Positions 9,566-18,082 of a stretch of DNA of 32,287 nucleotides are shown piece after piece. The notes beneath the pieces were generated by a model that made no database searches, had not been told where the DNA came from, and saw only the letters and a program-made list of their open reading frames with translations. Position numbers and translations under genes: made by a program. This DNA is from a virus. The stretch lies in the IMG/VR virus record IMGVR_UViG_3300030493_000405, one strand, 5' to 3'. The stretch's first letter is position 1; every line of letters begins with the position of its first letter.

Positions 9566-9802
9566 TTATTGGCTTGATGACGTAGTCATCCATTCCTGCT
9601 TCAACTCCAGCTGGGCTACTGTCCCTTCAAGCCTTATGACGTCCTGGGTCAGCTCGAAAATCCGCTGGTCCTGATAGTTTTCCCAGCTCATTCTTTGTAT
9701 GTGGGCTGCGTACTCGTCCGGGAACTCCTTGATGAGTGATACTGTTGTCTCTTCCAGGCTTGCTATTATCCCAGGTCGCATAATCCTTCCTGCCTGTATC
9801 AA
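9566..9802 (-). CDS. Small hypothetical protein
   Basis: 78-aa ORF with a short C-terminal coiled coil; no recognised motif. Confidence 0.4.
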   Translation of the reverse strand: MIQAGRIMRPGIIASLEETTVSLIKEFPDEYAAHIQRMSWENYQDQRIFELTQDVIRLEGTVAQLELKQEWMTTSSSQ

Positions 9803-9960
9803 GGCACCACATCACAACGTCGGACAGATACCTCTTCTCAGGCGGGCTCTCTATAATAGAAGTCCTTACGGCCGTCTCATCTCAATCGCACTTCTGGCAA
9901 TGGGTCTTCGCTCCATGTCTTCGTAAGCCTTATCCGCCAGGGCTCCATGGCTCGGTCAAG

Positions 9961-10521
9961 CTACTTGCATGAAACCCTCGAAGCAAATGCTAAAACCAAG
10001 TCATCCTCTGGATCAGGCTCATTATATACCATCGATATTGAGTCTAAGAGATCCACTTCATCTAGGGCATCGGTTATGGATTTAGGTTTTGGATCGCCCG
10101 TTCTTTCGATCCAGGCTCTGTGGACGTCTTTCCGCCTTATTTTTGTGGTCTGCTTCCAATTATATTCATTGACTATTTCAAGGTTCGAATCCAGTTCTGT
10201 GGCCCGTATCATGGCTTCTGCAGCCTGGATTTTGGATATCTTCGTTCCTTCCCACTTGCTCAGGTCAAATATTGCCCAGCGAACATCTCTCTCTATGCTT
10301 GGTTGCCCCTCATATGGGCGGTCATAAATCAAGTTGATTAAGGCAATTGCCCTGGCGTCCATAATATCTATGCTCTTTAATGAATCAGGTCTTTCCAGGA
10401 TCGTTACCATCATTTCATTCCTCTTTTCGAGCTTAGTTATTGACCCCTTCATCTTCACATTCCAAAGTTCTCGAATAGTCTCACATTTTTCTTTGAATCT
10501 GGAAATGTGGCAATGTGCCAC
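9961..10521 (-). CDS. Short wHTH-like protein, paralog 3 (start may be ATG 10452)
   Basis: RAIALINLI..DLSKWEGTKISKIQAAEAMIRATELDSNL closely resembles ORF 5700. Confidence 0.7.
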   Translation of the reverse strand: MAHCHISRFKEKCETIRELWNVKMKGSITKLEKRNEMMVTILERPDSLKSIDIMDARAIALINLIYDRPYEGQPSIERDVRWAIFDLSKWEGTKISKIQAAEAMIRATELDSNLEIVNEYNWKQTTKIRRKDVHRAWIERTGDPKPKSITDALDEVDLLDSISMVYNEPDPEDDLVLAFASRVSCK

Positions 10522-10763
10522 ACCCTACCAGATGACTCCATGTCCCCCGATAACCCCCGAATAGAACCCCCTAAGTCAAACACCGTATACTAAAGGTGGC
10601 ACATTGCCATCAGTTATGCAGAGGCTGGACTACCGTTTAAGGATATTCATCAGGTTTGTTTATCCCCTTTGGGAAGAGATGTCTTCTTGACTGGGACCTT
10701 ATTCCTGCTCTCCCGAGTGTGGCACATTGCCATCTTTAGACGGTTCTGTGGCACATTGCCATC
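10506..10763. promoter_or_regulatory. Four palindromes GTGGCA-N3-TGCCA(C/T) plus a C-tract
   Basis: Copies at 10506-10522 (inverted), 10596-10610, 10718-10734 and 10747-10763. C5 runs at 10544, 10554 and 10567. Confidence 0.8.
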
Positions 10764-11606
10764 CACTATGTGTAGGTCTAATTTGGTCAATTTGGCTTGC
10801 TTGTACTTTTCGTGCTCTAATATCATTTCTCCTGCATAATTTTTAGCGCAGCGTTCCATTGCCCTCAGGGCCATCTTTCTATCTAATTTAATGCCTTCAG
10901 GCTCATGTGATTGTAAAATCTCCATAGCTGCGGTGCTTGTTATCGATCTTTTGGGAGCTATGGCGCTATGCAGCCTTGCAGCCCTTATATCTACTGCAGC
11001 CATTGGCTCTGCAATCATCGGTTTGGATACTAAGAAGTGCATCACTTTGGCTATTAGGATGGCAGTCTCTTCAACGAGATCTAGGTGGGTCAACTTGCCC
11101 GTCTTCTTATTTTCCTGGAGCCTGGTATACCCGCTCCGTATGATCGATTCGAATGCTTTGGCTTCAGTAGTCTCAAATTCTCTAACCAGGCTCAGTGCTT
11201 CGATTAGCCTATCTGCCTGGCTGAAACTCATGCCTACTATTGTAGAGTGCTGATCATCTTTCTCATCAATGAGAATCTTAATCTTGGCCTCGGCCTCAGC
11301 CAGCTTCTTGCGCAGGTCCTCAGCTTCTTCAACCCTTATGGCCAGTGCCTTGCTCAGCTCCTCAACTTTTCTGGATTCGTGGGCCTGGACCTGGACTTGG
11401 ACCTGGGCATATGGTGCAGCCTTCTGGCAGCTAACCTGGCTCTCTAAATATTCAATGGTGACGAGCTGTGTGGCGATTAGGTCATCCTGGGCGTCCAGTC
11501 TTGCGCTTAATTCCTCATTTTCAATTTGGAGGGCGTTGGGGCTTTGGCTGCTACGCTCTGAAGCTGTCCGAAAAGCATTTATGCCTTGGGCGGCTATTTT
11601 ATCCAT
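10650..11606 (-). CDS. Coiled-coil plus C-terminal wHTH-like protein, paralog 4
   Basis: Heptad-rich N-half; C-terminal RAARL..SITSTAAMEIL..DRKMALRAMERCA matches ORF 6407. Confidence 0.8.
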   Translation of the reverse strand: MDKIAAQGINAFRTASERSSQSPNALQIENEELSARLDAQDDLIATQLVTIEYLESQVSCQKAAPYAQVQVQVQAHESRKVEELSKALAIRVEEAEDLRKKLAEAEAKIKILIDEKDDQHSTIVGMSFSQADRLIEALSLVREFETTEAKAFESIIRSGYTRLQENKKTGKLTHLDLVEETAILIAKVMHFLVSKPMIAEPMAAVDIRAARLHSAIAPKRSITSTAAMEILQSHEPEGIKLDRKMALRAMERCAKNYAGEMILEHEKYKQAKLTKLDLHIVDGNVPQNRLKMAMCHTRESRNKVPVKKTSLPKGDKQT

Positions 11607-12395
11607 ATTAAGTCGCCTCGGTTACATTTATCGTTCTCCGGGGTTGGAACAACGCGGCACAATCTCCCAATGGTTGGATCTTATACCAAGATCAAGCCGC
11701 ATATTAGCTACAGGCCGGGACCCTTGGACAAGGTCTCGGCATTCTGTGCCTATTTTATGCAGTTTGTTGCTTAAAACCACCATACTGTAAAAGATATTAA
11801 GATCAGATAGCGTTGCGTATCCTGAATTCGGACCAAAATTATTTATACCTTGATAGTCTAACCTATTGTAGGTCATGTAACTTGCTCCTGTCAAGGATAA
11901 GGTTCAGACCACCCAAAAAAGTCGTGCGACTTTACCACAGACGCAAACGACTTTTTTCCCTGGTAAAGGTGTCGCCAAACATTTACTTTACCAGGGACCT
12001 AACCTATTATACGAATCTGAACCTTGATTGGTCCCTGACTAATAATCCGTAGTATTGTTACATATAAAACATTTTGGGCCATACAAATATCAATCGCGCA
12101 TTCTAAATTTTTGACAGAGTTCTTTACAATCAGTACCATTAGACCTAGTTCACACTCTGTTATACGTCACTTGCCGATACTGATTTTTGGGCTGGTTGCG
12201 CGCTAAAAACCGTAGAGGTTATATACCTAAAACGATAGAGGCGTGAATGGTGAAGTGGCACACTGCAAGTAATTCAATGCTTGTGGGTTGGCGACCCTAT
12301 GGGCATCCTGTCAGAACTTGCTATGCAGAATCTTCCGGCTATTCAACCTGGAGAGATCTTAGACTTATGTCCGAGATGCGCCAGATTGTCGGCAA

Positions 12396-12800
12396 TTGAT
12401 AATAGTGCTGAGACTGAGCAATGTCCTCAGTAGGAGTGTTTTCTGTGTACCAGGTGTAGCCCACTATTCACTAAAATATTTAGGATGTGTGTCTGTGGTG
12501 CTGTTAACAAGACTTGTACGAGTCGATGACGAGGACGGTAACGCTTATCTTCGATCTAGGGGTGCCAGGGCTCCAGAGAAGTTGAGTGACAAGTATCGGT
12601 CACAAGGGATAGTCTATTCAATGCCTGATAATCTTGGCCTTGACTATATAAATGCGGTCTTCTTCACTTCAGTTGGCCCCAGATCTATGCGCTTGGAGTG
12701 TGCAGTGAGCCAGGATAAGGAGACTACGTTTGCCTATCTCTCTCAGGATGACTATGCAACGTATTTCAGGGAAGCTCCTGTTAATGGGGTGGCGATATGA
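12396..12800 (+). CDS. Hypothetical protein (start uncertain)
   Basis: First of a run of small, overlapping + strand ORFs; no recognised motif. Confidence 0.4.
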   Translation: MIIVLRLSNVLSRSVFCVPGVAHYSLKYLGCVSVVLLTRLVRVDDEDGNAYLRSRGARAPEKLSDKYRSQGIVYSMPDNLGLDYINAVFFTSVGPRSMRLECAVSQDKETTFAYLSQDDYATYFREAPVNGVAI

Positions 12801-13121
12801 AGCGCCAATGGGGTGTATCAGATGGCCTTTACCTGATCCTCCTTCAAACATGTGCGTGGCTCTGGCAGCAACTTGACCAAGGGGTTCGTAGGGTTCTGGG
12901 TTGTGAAGATTGCCCCGTCCTAGCCAAGAGGTGTACATGCTAAACAAGACCTATGTTGGCGTGCTCTCTGATACCTTTACTTCTGCCTTCAGAACTCCTG
13001 GGCTTTCTATGGAGGGTATGGGACAATGACCGTACCATTATCTTTTTATAGTTTAGGGCTCCTACATATTGCTGTTCTCCGTCTGTTCATAGACGGTTTT
13101 GTTCTGGCGGAGGCTGTCTAA

Positions 13122-13478
13122 ATGGCCTCGGCTCTCCTGAACCCAGTTCCTGGTCGTTACCATGCTGAGCATCATGGAAGCAAGTTTGGCCATCTTTGGT
13201 ATACCCAGACCAGGACTTGTCCTGATTGCGGCGATCCAATGGACCAATCCAGACCTGGCCATTATCGTTGCCTTGCCTGCGGAATCGCTGATCTCTATAT
13301 GCCGCAAATGTGCCCGCAGTGCCAAAAGAATATGTCCTTTGACGAACATGAAGTTCATAGCTGCCTTCAGTGTGGCGCTACAGATATTCATGAGATTACC
13401 ATTCGTGATAAACCTCGTCGGCACTCCAGAAGCCTTAGAAGCTTTGGTGCCTATATGATGAGGAAAAAGCGTCGATGA
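13122..13478 (+). CDS. Double zinc-ribbon protein
   Basis: Four CxxC pairs (CPDC, CLAC, CPQC, CLQC) and a basic C-terminal tail. Confidence 0.65.
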   Translation: MASALLNPVPGRYHAEHHGSKFGHLWYTQTRTCPDCGDPMDQSRPGHYRCLACGIADLYMPQMCPQCQKNMSFDEHEVHSCLQCGATDIHEITIRDKPRRHSRSLRSFGAYMMRKKRR

Positions 13479-13596
13479 GGCTGAAGACCCCTGATGAGAT
13501 GGTATCGTCACTTGGAATGTCTCTAAAAGGCAAATAGATTAGGCATATCATGCGCCCGGGCTTGGGCGCATTCATATTCATGTTGGGAGAGCTCAA

Positions 13597-13797
13597 ATGT
13601 CTGGCATTGACCCTTGCTCTGAATTTGCTGGTATCGATTCCGAACTCAGGAAGTTGCTGGAACAAGATCCTTCTCTGGCCGATGGCTACGAGGAGGAGGT
13701 CGAGGACCTTAACCAGGTCATCTATCTTCCCAGGGCGCCTACTGATGAAGAGTGGGAACGAGCCCTGAAGATGGGAGTGCGGGGAGATGGCCCATGA
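13597..13797 (+). CDS. Small acidic hypothetical protein
   Basis: ATG with upstream GGGAG; stop coupled to a downstream ATG. Confidence 0.45.
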   Translation: MSGIDPCSEFAGIDSELRKLLEQDPSLADGYEEEVEDLNQVIYLPRAPTDEEWERALKMGVRGDGP

Positions 13798-13860
13798 ACC
13801 GTTCTAATTGCCTGGCCTTCGCCCGGGCCGTTTCCGTACCCGAGTACGGAGGAATATGCA

Positions 13861-14181
13861 TTGCTCTTATTCAAACCTGAACACGTAGCCCTAATCCTGG
13901 CCGGGATCAAGACGGAAACTCGCCGGGTCTGGAAAAAGCAGAGGATCAAGGTTGGATCCATCCAGCTGGCTAAGACTAAGATGGTCAGCAAGGATCACTT
14001 TGCTAAATTGCATATCCTGGAGGTGAAGACTCAAAAGCTGGGTCAAATCTCAGATCTGGAGGTTCGACGTGAGGGCTACAATACCCTGGCAGAATATCAG
14101 TTGGCTTGGGAACGAATCAATAGGATCCCCTGGGATCCGATGCAGGATGTCTATGTAGTAAGCTTTGAACTGGTTCGCTAG
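13861..14181 (+). CDS. ASCH-domain protein
   Basis: ILAGIKTETRR (GxKTxTxR), REGY..L and VYVVSFELV motifs; GGAGGA RBS before a TTG start. Confidence 0.9.
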   Translation: MLLFKPEHVALILAGIKTETRRVWKKQRIKVGSIQLAKTKMVSKDHFAKLHILEVKTQKLGQISDLEVRREGYNTLAEYQLAWERINRIPWDPMQDVYVVSFELVR

Positions 14182-15005
14182 ATTCTATTTTCCTTAAAAC
14201 TTTTGCTGAAACGAATGAGCAACGCCTTTGATGAGGACGGTGACTGGGCTTATCCGGACATTCACCGCGCCCTAATACTTTCGTCCTCCTCGCACGCTAA
14301 ATCCTGATTATCTATCACGGTCATGGGGTATATTTGCCCTTTGATAGGAGGTATAATCCGGCCAAATCCTTGACAGGAACTCAATTCAGGGAAGGGTGTA
14401 GGCGACCACTCTTCCCGGCCTCCTTTATATCTGGGGCCGGTCTCTCTTGATTAGAAGCATAAGGTTCCCCTCAGATCGGGGTCAGTTTGGCAGGTGGCCT
14501 TGAGTGCAGCCCAGGCATGGGTTACAATCCCCGAAAATAGTCGTCTGCGTCGTAATTTGAGAAATCATAAGTGACATCTCAATAATCCTCTCTAACAAAT
14601 GTCACAGACATTGAACCTGAAAGCTAACAGCTCTGCTCTTTTCTTACTACCCACATTCATCTTCATGCTTATCGCCAAGAGCATGACTTCCCTCCAGGTC
14701 TGTTAGCCAGGAACTTCAAGAAAATGAAGAAACAGGCCCGGGCCCTTATATGCATGTGACTCCTGCATCTTATCCCAGGCACTAAGGTATCTGGGGCATG
14801 ATAGATATTCCCGGCAAGAGCCATGCCTCGGTCCGAGGCGATGGCATGGTCGAGGACATTTTCGTATTTGGGCTGTGCTGGATCGCTCGTGTGCTTTCTC
14901 GTTCACCCGCCATGAGCATATTTCTGTGACTCTTGGCCATACCACGGCCAGTCCAGAGCGCCAGCGCCGAAAAATGCTTAACGTATTAGATCTGAGCATA
15001 CCTGG

Positions 15006-15170
15006 ATGAAGGCAAAAGCTACTAAAAAGCCCAAAGAGAAGGCAGTACTGCTTGAAGAGGATGAGCGAATTGTAGCTGAAACGCTTCAGGGTGCCAAAGA
15101 GTGCAAGATGGGCCTAGCTAAGCAATTCGATAATGTAGATGATGCCATCGAATATCTTCGTGATTTATGA
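15006..15170 (+). CDS. Putative antitoxin (54 aa, RelB/StbD position); not in the ORF track
   Basis: MKAKATKKPKEKAVLLEEDERIVAETLQGAKECKMGLAKQFDNVDDAIEYLRDL; the acidic C-terminal F.nvdd.ie.L motif is typical of RelE partners; ATGA overlap with the toxin. Confidence 0.7.
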   Translation: MKAKATKKPKEKAVLLEEDERIVAETLQGAKECKMGLAKQFDNVDDAIEYLRDL

Positions 15171-15436
15171 GTTTTCATCTCGTTTTTGCGCAACAATTTC
15201 AGAAGAATTTTAAGCGTTTGACTAAGAAAAATAGCGTTCTACGAGATGCCATCCTCAAAAAGATAAAGGAAATAGATTTAAATCCTGCTATTGGCGAGCA
15301 TCTACGTGGGAGTTTAGCCGGAAAGCAGAGCGTACATATAATGAATCATTGGGTTATTATCTATGAAGTCTTTATAAATGAGAATAGGATAGAATTTCAA
15401 AACTTCGATCATCACGATTACGCTTATGGTATGTGA
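15167..15436 (+). CDS. relE: RelE/ParE/YafQ-family toxin
   Basis: 89 aa; FQKNFKRL, NPAIGEHLRGSLAG, SVHIMNHWVIIYEV and DHHDYAY patterns. Confidence 0.85.
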   Translation: MSFHLVFAQQFQKNFKRLTKKNSVLRDAILKKIKEIDLNPAIGEHLRGSLAGKQSVHIMNHWVIIYEVFINENRIEFQNFDHHDYAYGM

Positions 15437-15471
15437 TTGCACGCACTTAATCCTTCAGATCCCCTGCAGGG

Positions 15472-16041
15472 CTACAGCTTAGCCAGCATCTCCCTGAACT
15501 TATCCTCTACTACCCCAACTCCTGCATGGTCATAGTGGGCAATGCTTGCGATGGCCCTGTGGCCTGTGACCCTCTGGATCTCATCATAGGACCACTCGGT
15601 TTCAATGAGCTGGGTAATCAGGTGATGCCTGAAAGAGTGGCAAGAGACGAACTTGTTTATCCCGGCTTTATCAGCGAACCTCTGGGGCCACCTCTTAAGG
15701 GTGGAATATGAAGCCTTGAAGATCGGCTCATCATGGCCTATCTTGTTCCGGGCGATGTACTGCTGGAGAAGGACCAGAGTGGTATCATCGAGGAAGATCT
15801 TCCTCCGGTCATTATCAGGTGCCTTCTTTGACCTCTTCTCTATATGGGTCCAGAGGCATTTCTCCCTGATATCCACGTCCCTGGGTGTGATCCTCTTTAT
15901 CTCACCCATCCGCCGGCCGGTCCTGGCCAGGAGCCGGATGAAAAGGTGGGCGGTCTCGTAGGGGACCGAGGCCTCAAGGATCTTGGATACATCTTCTTTG
16001 GTCAGGTAGTCTCTGTAGTATGCGTTGCCTCTTCGTACCAT
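15472..16041 (-). CDS. Compact tyrosine recombinase/integrase (catalytic domain only, 189 aa)
   Basis: TGRRMGE (R), EKR (K), HSFRH (HxxR), TGH (H) and HYDH (Y) give a complete catalytic set; GGAGG RBS upstream. Confidence 0.92.
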   Translation of the reverse strand: MVRRGNAYYRDYLTKEDVSKILEASVPYETAHLFIRLLARTGRRMGEIKRITPRDVDIREKCLWTHIEKRSKKAPDNDRRKIFLDDTTLVLLQQYIARNKIGHDEPIFKASYSTLKRWPQRFADKAGINKFVSCHSFRHHLITQLIETEWSYDEIQRVTGHRAIASIAHYDHAGVGVVEDKFREMLAKL

Positions 16042-16055
16042 TGGTTATCCCTCCA

Positions 16056-16165
16056 TGAGCCAATTTTTAAAAAAGGCTCATTTTAGGGCCATAAACCTGG
16101 TGGTTGAGGGGGTAAAAATGGGGGTAAAAGCCCTGAAAATGAGCCAATATGAACATATTGGCTCA
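16056..16165. promoter_or_regulatory. Two related palindromes TGAGCCAAT-N7/8-ATTGGCTCA flanking GGGGGTAAAA x2
   Basis: Imperfect copy at 16056-16080; perfect inverted repeat at 16140-16165; G5 tracts at 16108 and 16120. Confidence 0.75.
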
Positions 16166-16437
16166 ATCGCATTCAGTAAAGGGTTTTAGAAAAGGAGGGA
16201 TTGGCGAAAGAGGTATAGGAGGGAGAAAAGAAATGATCGACTCTCGCCATAACTAATTACGTCGATTGCCGAATATAAGGTTTTTGGTCCTATTATACCC
16301 CGATGGACTCTTGCCCAAATTCAGGTGGGCAAATTTATCATACCCAGAGTCATCTCATCCCTCCTGGTCGATAGCCCAGAACAAATTATATAACTACCTG
16401 AGATCTATAATGATTCATTCGTTGGAGGGGTTGAGAC

Positions 16438-16710
16438 ATGGATGGAAAAAGGAATTTCGTGCTCAGAGATGCTGATGGAAACGAAGTTGGAATTTTCGCT
16501 GGCAAATCGCCCAGACAGGCAGCTCTGAAAGCAGCGAACCGAGGCTATACTGAAATAAAGCTGAGGGAACGGGGTACCAAGAAGATCCATATCTTCACCG
16601 GTGAGCGAGTCCAGGTCGATAAGCCAGCCAATGCTCCCGCCTGGATGGCCGATAAGGTCTGGAAGCCCAACGTCAAAAAGGTAGGCATCGAGACGCTGGA
16701 AGAGCTTTGA
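16438..16710 (+). CDS. mc1: Archaeal non-histone chromosomal protein MC1
   Basis: RNFVLRD.DGNE.G.F.GK.PRQAALKAANRG..I.LRERGTKK.HIF..PAWM..K..KP.VKK is the MC1 signature. Confidence 0.95.
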   Translation: MDGKRNFVLRDADGNEVGIFAGKSPRQAALKAANRGYTEIKLRERGTKKIHIFTGERVQVDKPANAPAWMADKVWKPNVKKVGIETLEEL

Positions 16711-16717
16711 GCTCCTT

Positions 16718-17110
16718 TTGGTGATCCAGATGAGGAACGTTGAGATCGAAATGCTGGATGAAGTGGGCCTGGAGTTAGTCACGTCTTTAAGAGCCCTGGG
16801 AATGACTCGAAACGAGGCACCTCTAGTTGTCTATTTATCAGGCGTTGAGATGGCAACATCAAGGGAAATCGAGTCTGGAACCGGCCTGAGGCAGCCTGAG
16901 GCAAGCATAGGCATGAAGATGCTCAGGTCCCGAGATTGGATCAGGGAGGATGAGATCAAAAGTGAGAAGAAGGGCAGGCCGACGAAGGTCTATGCGCTCA
17001 GGGTGGCCTTAGCGGAGATTGTGAAGTACCTGGAAGAGAAAAAGGTGCGTGATGCCAATCTGGCCATGACCTCTATCGGACCTGAAAGGATATCTTGTCT
17101 GGTTGGATAA
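16718..17110 (+). CDS. Archaeal wHTH transcriptional regulator (COG4738-like); C-terminus possibly frameshifted
   Basis: ATSREIESGTGLRQPEASIGMKML..DWI..KKGRPTKVYAL. Confidence 0.82.
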   Translation: MVIQMRNVEIEMLDEVGLELVTSLRALGMTRNEAPLVVYLSGVEMATSREIESGTGLRQPEASIGMKMLRSRDWIREDEIKSEKKGRPTKVYALRVALAEIVKYLEEKKVRDANLAMTSIGPERISCLVG

Positions 17111-17254
17111 GTCCAGCAAGTATGCTCCTGTGCTGAAGAACTCTGTGGCCTATAAAGAGACGGCTAATGAAAGGATATTCCTCATGAAGGACTTGGCAGC
17201 AGTGGAAGAGGCATTAAGCTTCGGCGCTAAAATCTATGAGGGCGAGGTCAAATT

Positions 17255-17518
17255 CTAAGGTGGCTTTGACTGCTTCCCTATCTCCGTTTTCCAGTAGGTA
17301 TTATACCAGAACCTATGGCCATCCTCTCTTTGTCTCTGTTCGTAAGCCACCCAGCCCCACCTTATTAGAGATCTCAAGGAACTGGATAATCGCCTCTCAA
17401 CCCTGATCCAGTCTATGTAGGTGGCAATATCCAGACCCATTGCCTCGGCGATCTCCTTAAGGGACCTGGCCTCTTCTTTGCTGTTTGGAAGAGCTGCTAG
17501 AATAGCTTCGTGATTCAT
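17255..17518 (-). CDS. Small wHTH protein
   Basis: SLKEIAEAMGL..RRLSSSLRSLIRWGWV; ATG 17518 overlaps the upstream stop (ATGA). Confidence 0.7.
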   Translation of the reverse strand: MNHEAILAALPNSKEEARSLKEIAEAMGLDIATYIDWIRVERRLSSSLRSLIRWGWVAYEQRQREDGHRFWYNTYWKTEIGKQSKPP

Positions 17519-17727
17519 GGGGCATCCTTGATTCGCCAGAAGCAATGGTACCCATGGCGCCCACCGTAGGCCTTTTCTTTCTGCAATTCCACTAGGTCGA
17601 ACTTCTCAAGTGCCAACAGAGCCCGATAGATCGTAGATAGCTTATGCCGAGAGTCAGTTTGCTCCTGGATATCTTCCTGAAGCTCCCTGGTGCTCATATG
17701 TACCGGTGATTGGCTCAGTATCTCCAA
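17515..17727 (-). CDS. Small wHTH protein
   Basis: MSTRELQEDI..STIYRALLALEKFDLVE..GYHCFWRI; start uncertain. Confidence 0.6.
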   Translation of the reverse strand: MEILSQSPVHMSTRELQEDIQEQTDSRHKLSTIYRALLALEKFDLVELQKEKAYGGRHGYHCFWRIKDAP

Positions 17728-18082
17728 GAGCTTGTCCTGTAGTACGCTCGCTCTGTTCCCTCCTACTGCCTATCTGCTAGATCTACGAGTATATAAATAT
17801 CGAAGAAAATCAGGATAAACATGACAGATTCATGCATTTATGCCTCAGCTTTAGGTGATCACACGCGAGAATAAGACCCAAGCATCTTTTGGTAACTCAG
17901 CTATTCCAAGGATTATGCGAATTTGCTCCTCTCGGAGCGCATCCCCATGATTATCGAGATAAAAATATGCCAGAAGGGTAGTGAGGCTACAAGATAGGGA
18001 TTTACCATAAAGGCCATGCGGGGGATAAGATCCCCGCATGTATGATAAAATGGATTGTTGTCCAGACCCAAACTCTCTAGCT

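Larger units (their letters stand above)
1..16165. mobile_element. Plasmid-like/integrative region (ArdC, ParA system, toxin-antitoxin pair, tyrosine recombinase); boundaries not defined
   Basis: Gene content is typical of plasmids or phage-plasmids. No att sites or recognised replicase were identified. Confidence 0.6.

Noticed and set aside
10180-10196. tRNA or att site suggested by GGTTCGAATCC
   Set aside because: It lies inside ORF 9961-10521 and no T-stem, acceptor stem or anticodon arm can be folded around it.
14703-14999. Minus-strand ORF with a C..C/HG pattern faintly like ORF 3091
   Set aside because: The similarity is too weak and the start is unsupported.
15472-16041. C-terminal half of an SSV-type integrase split by integration
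   Set aside because: It has its own RBS and ATG, and no tRNA-derived att sequence is visible upstream; not fully excluded.
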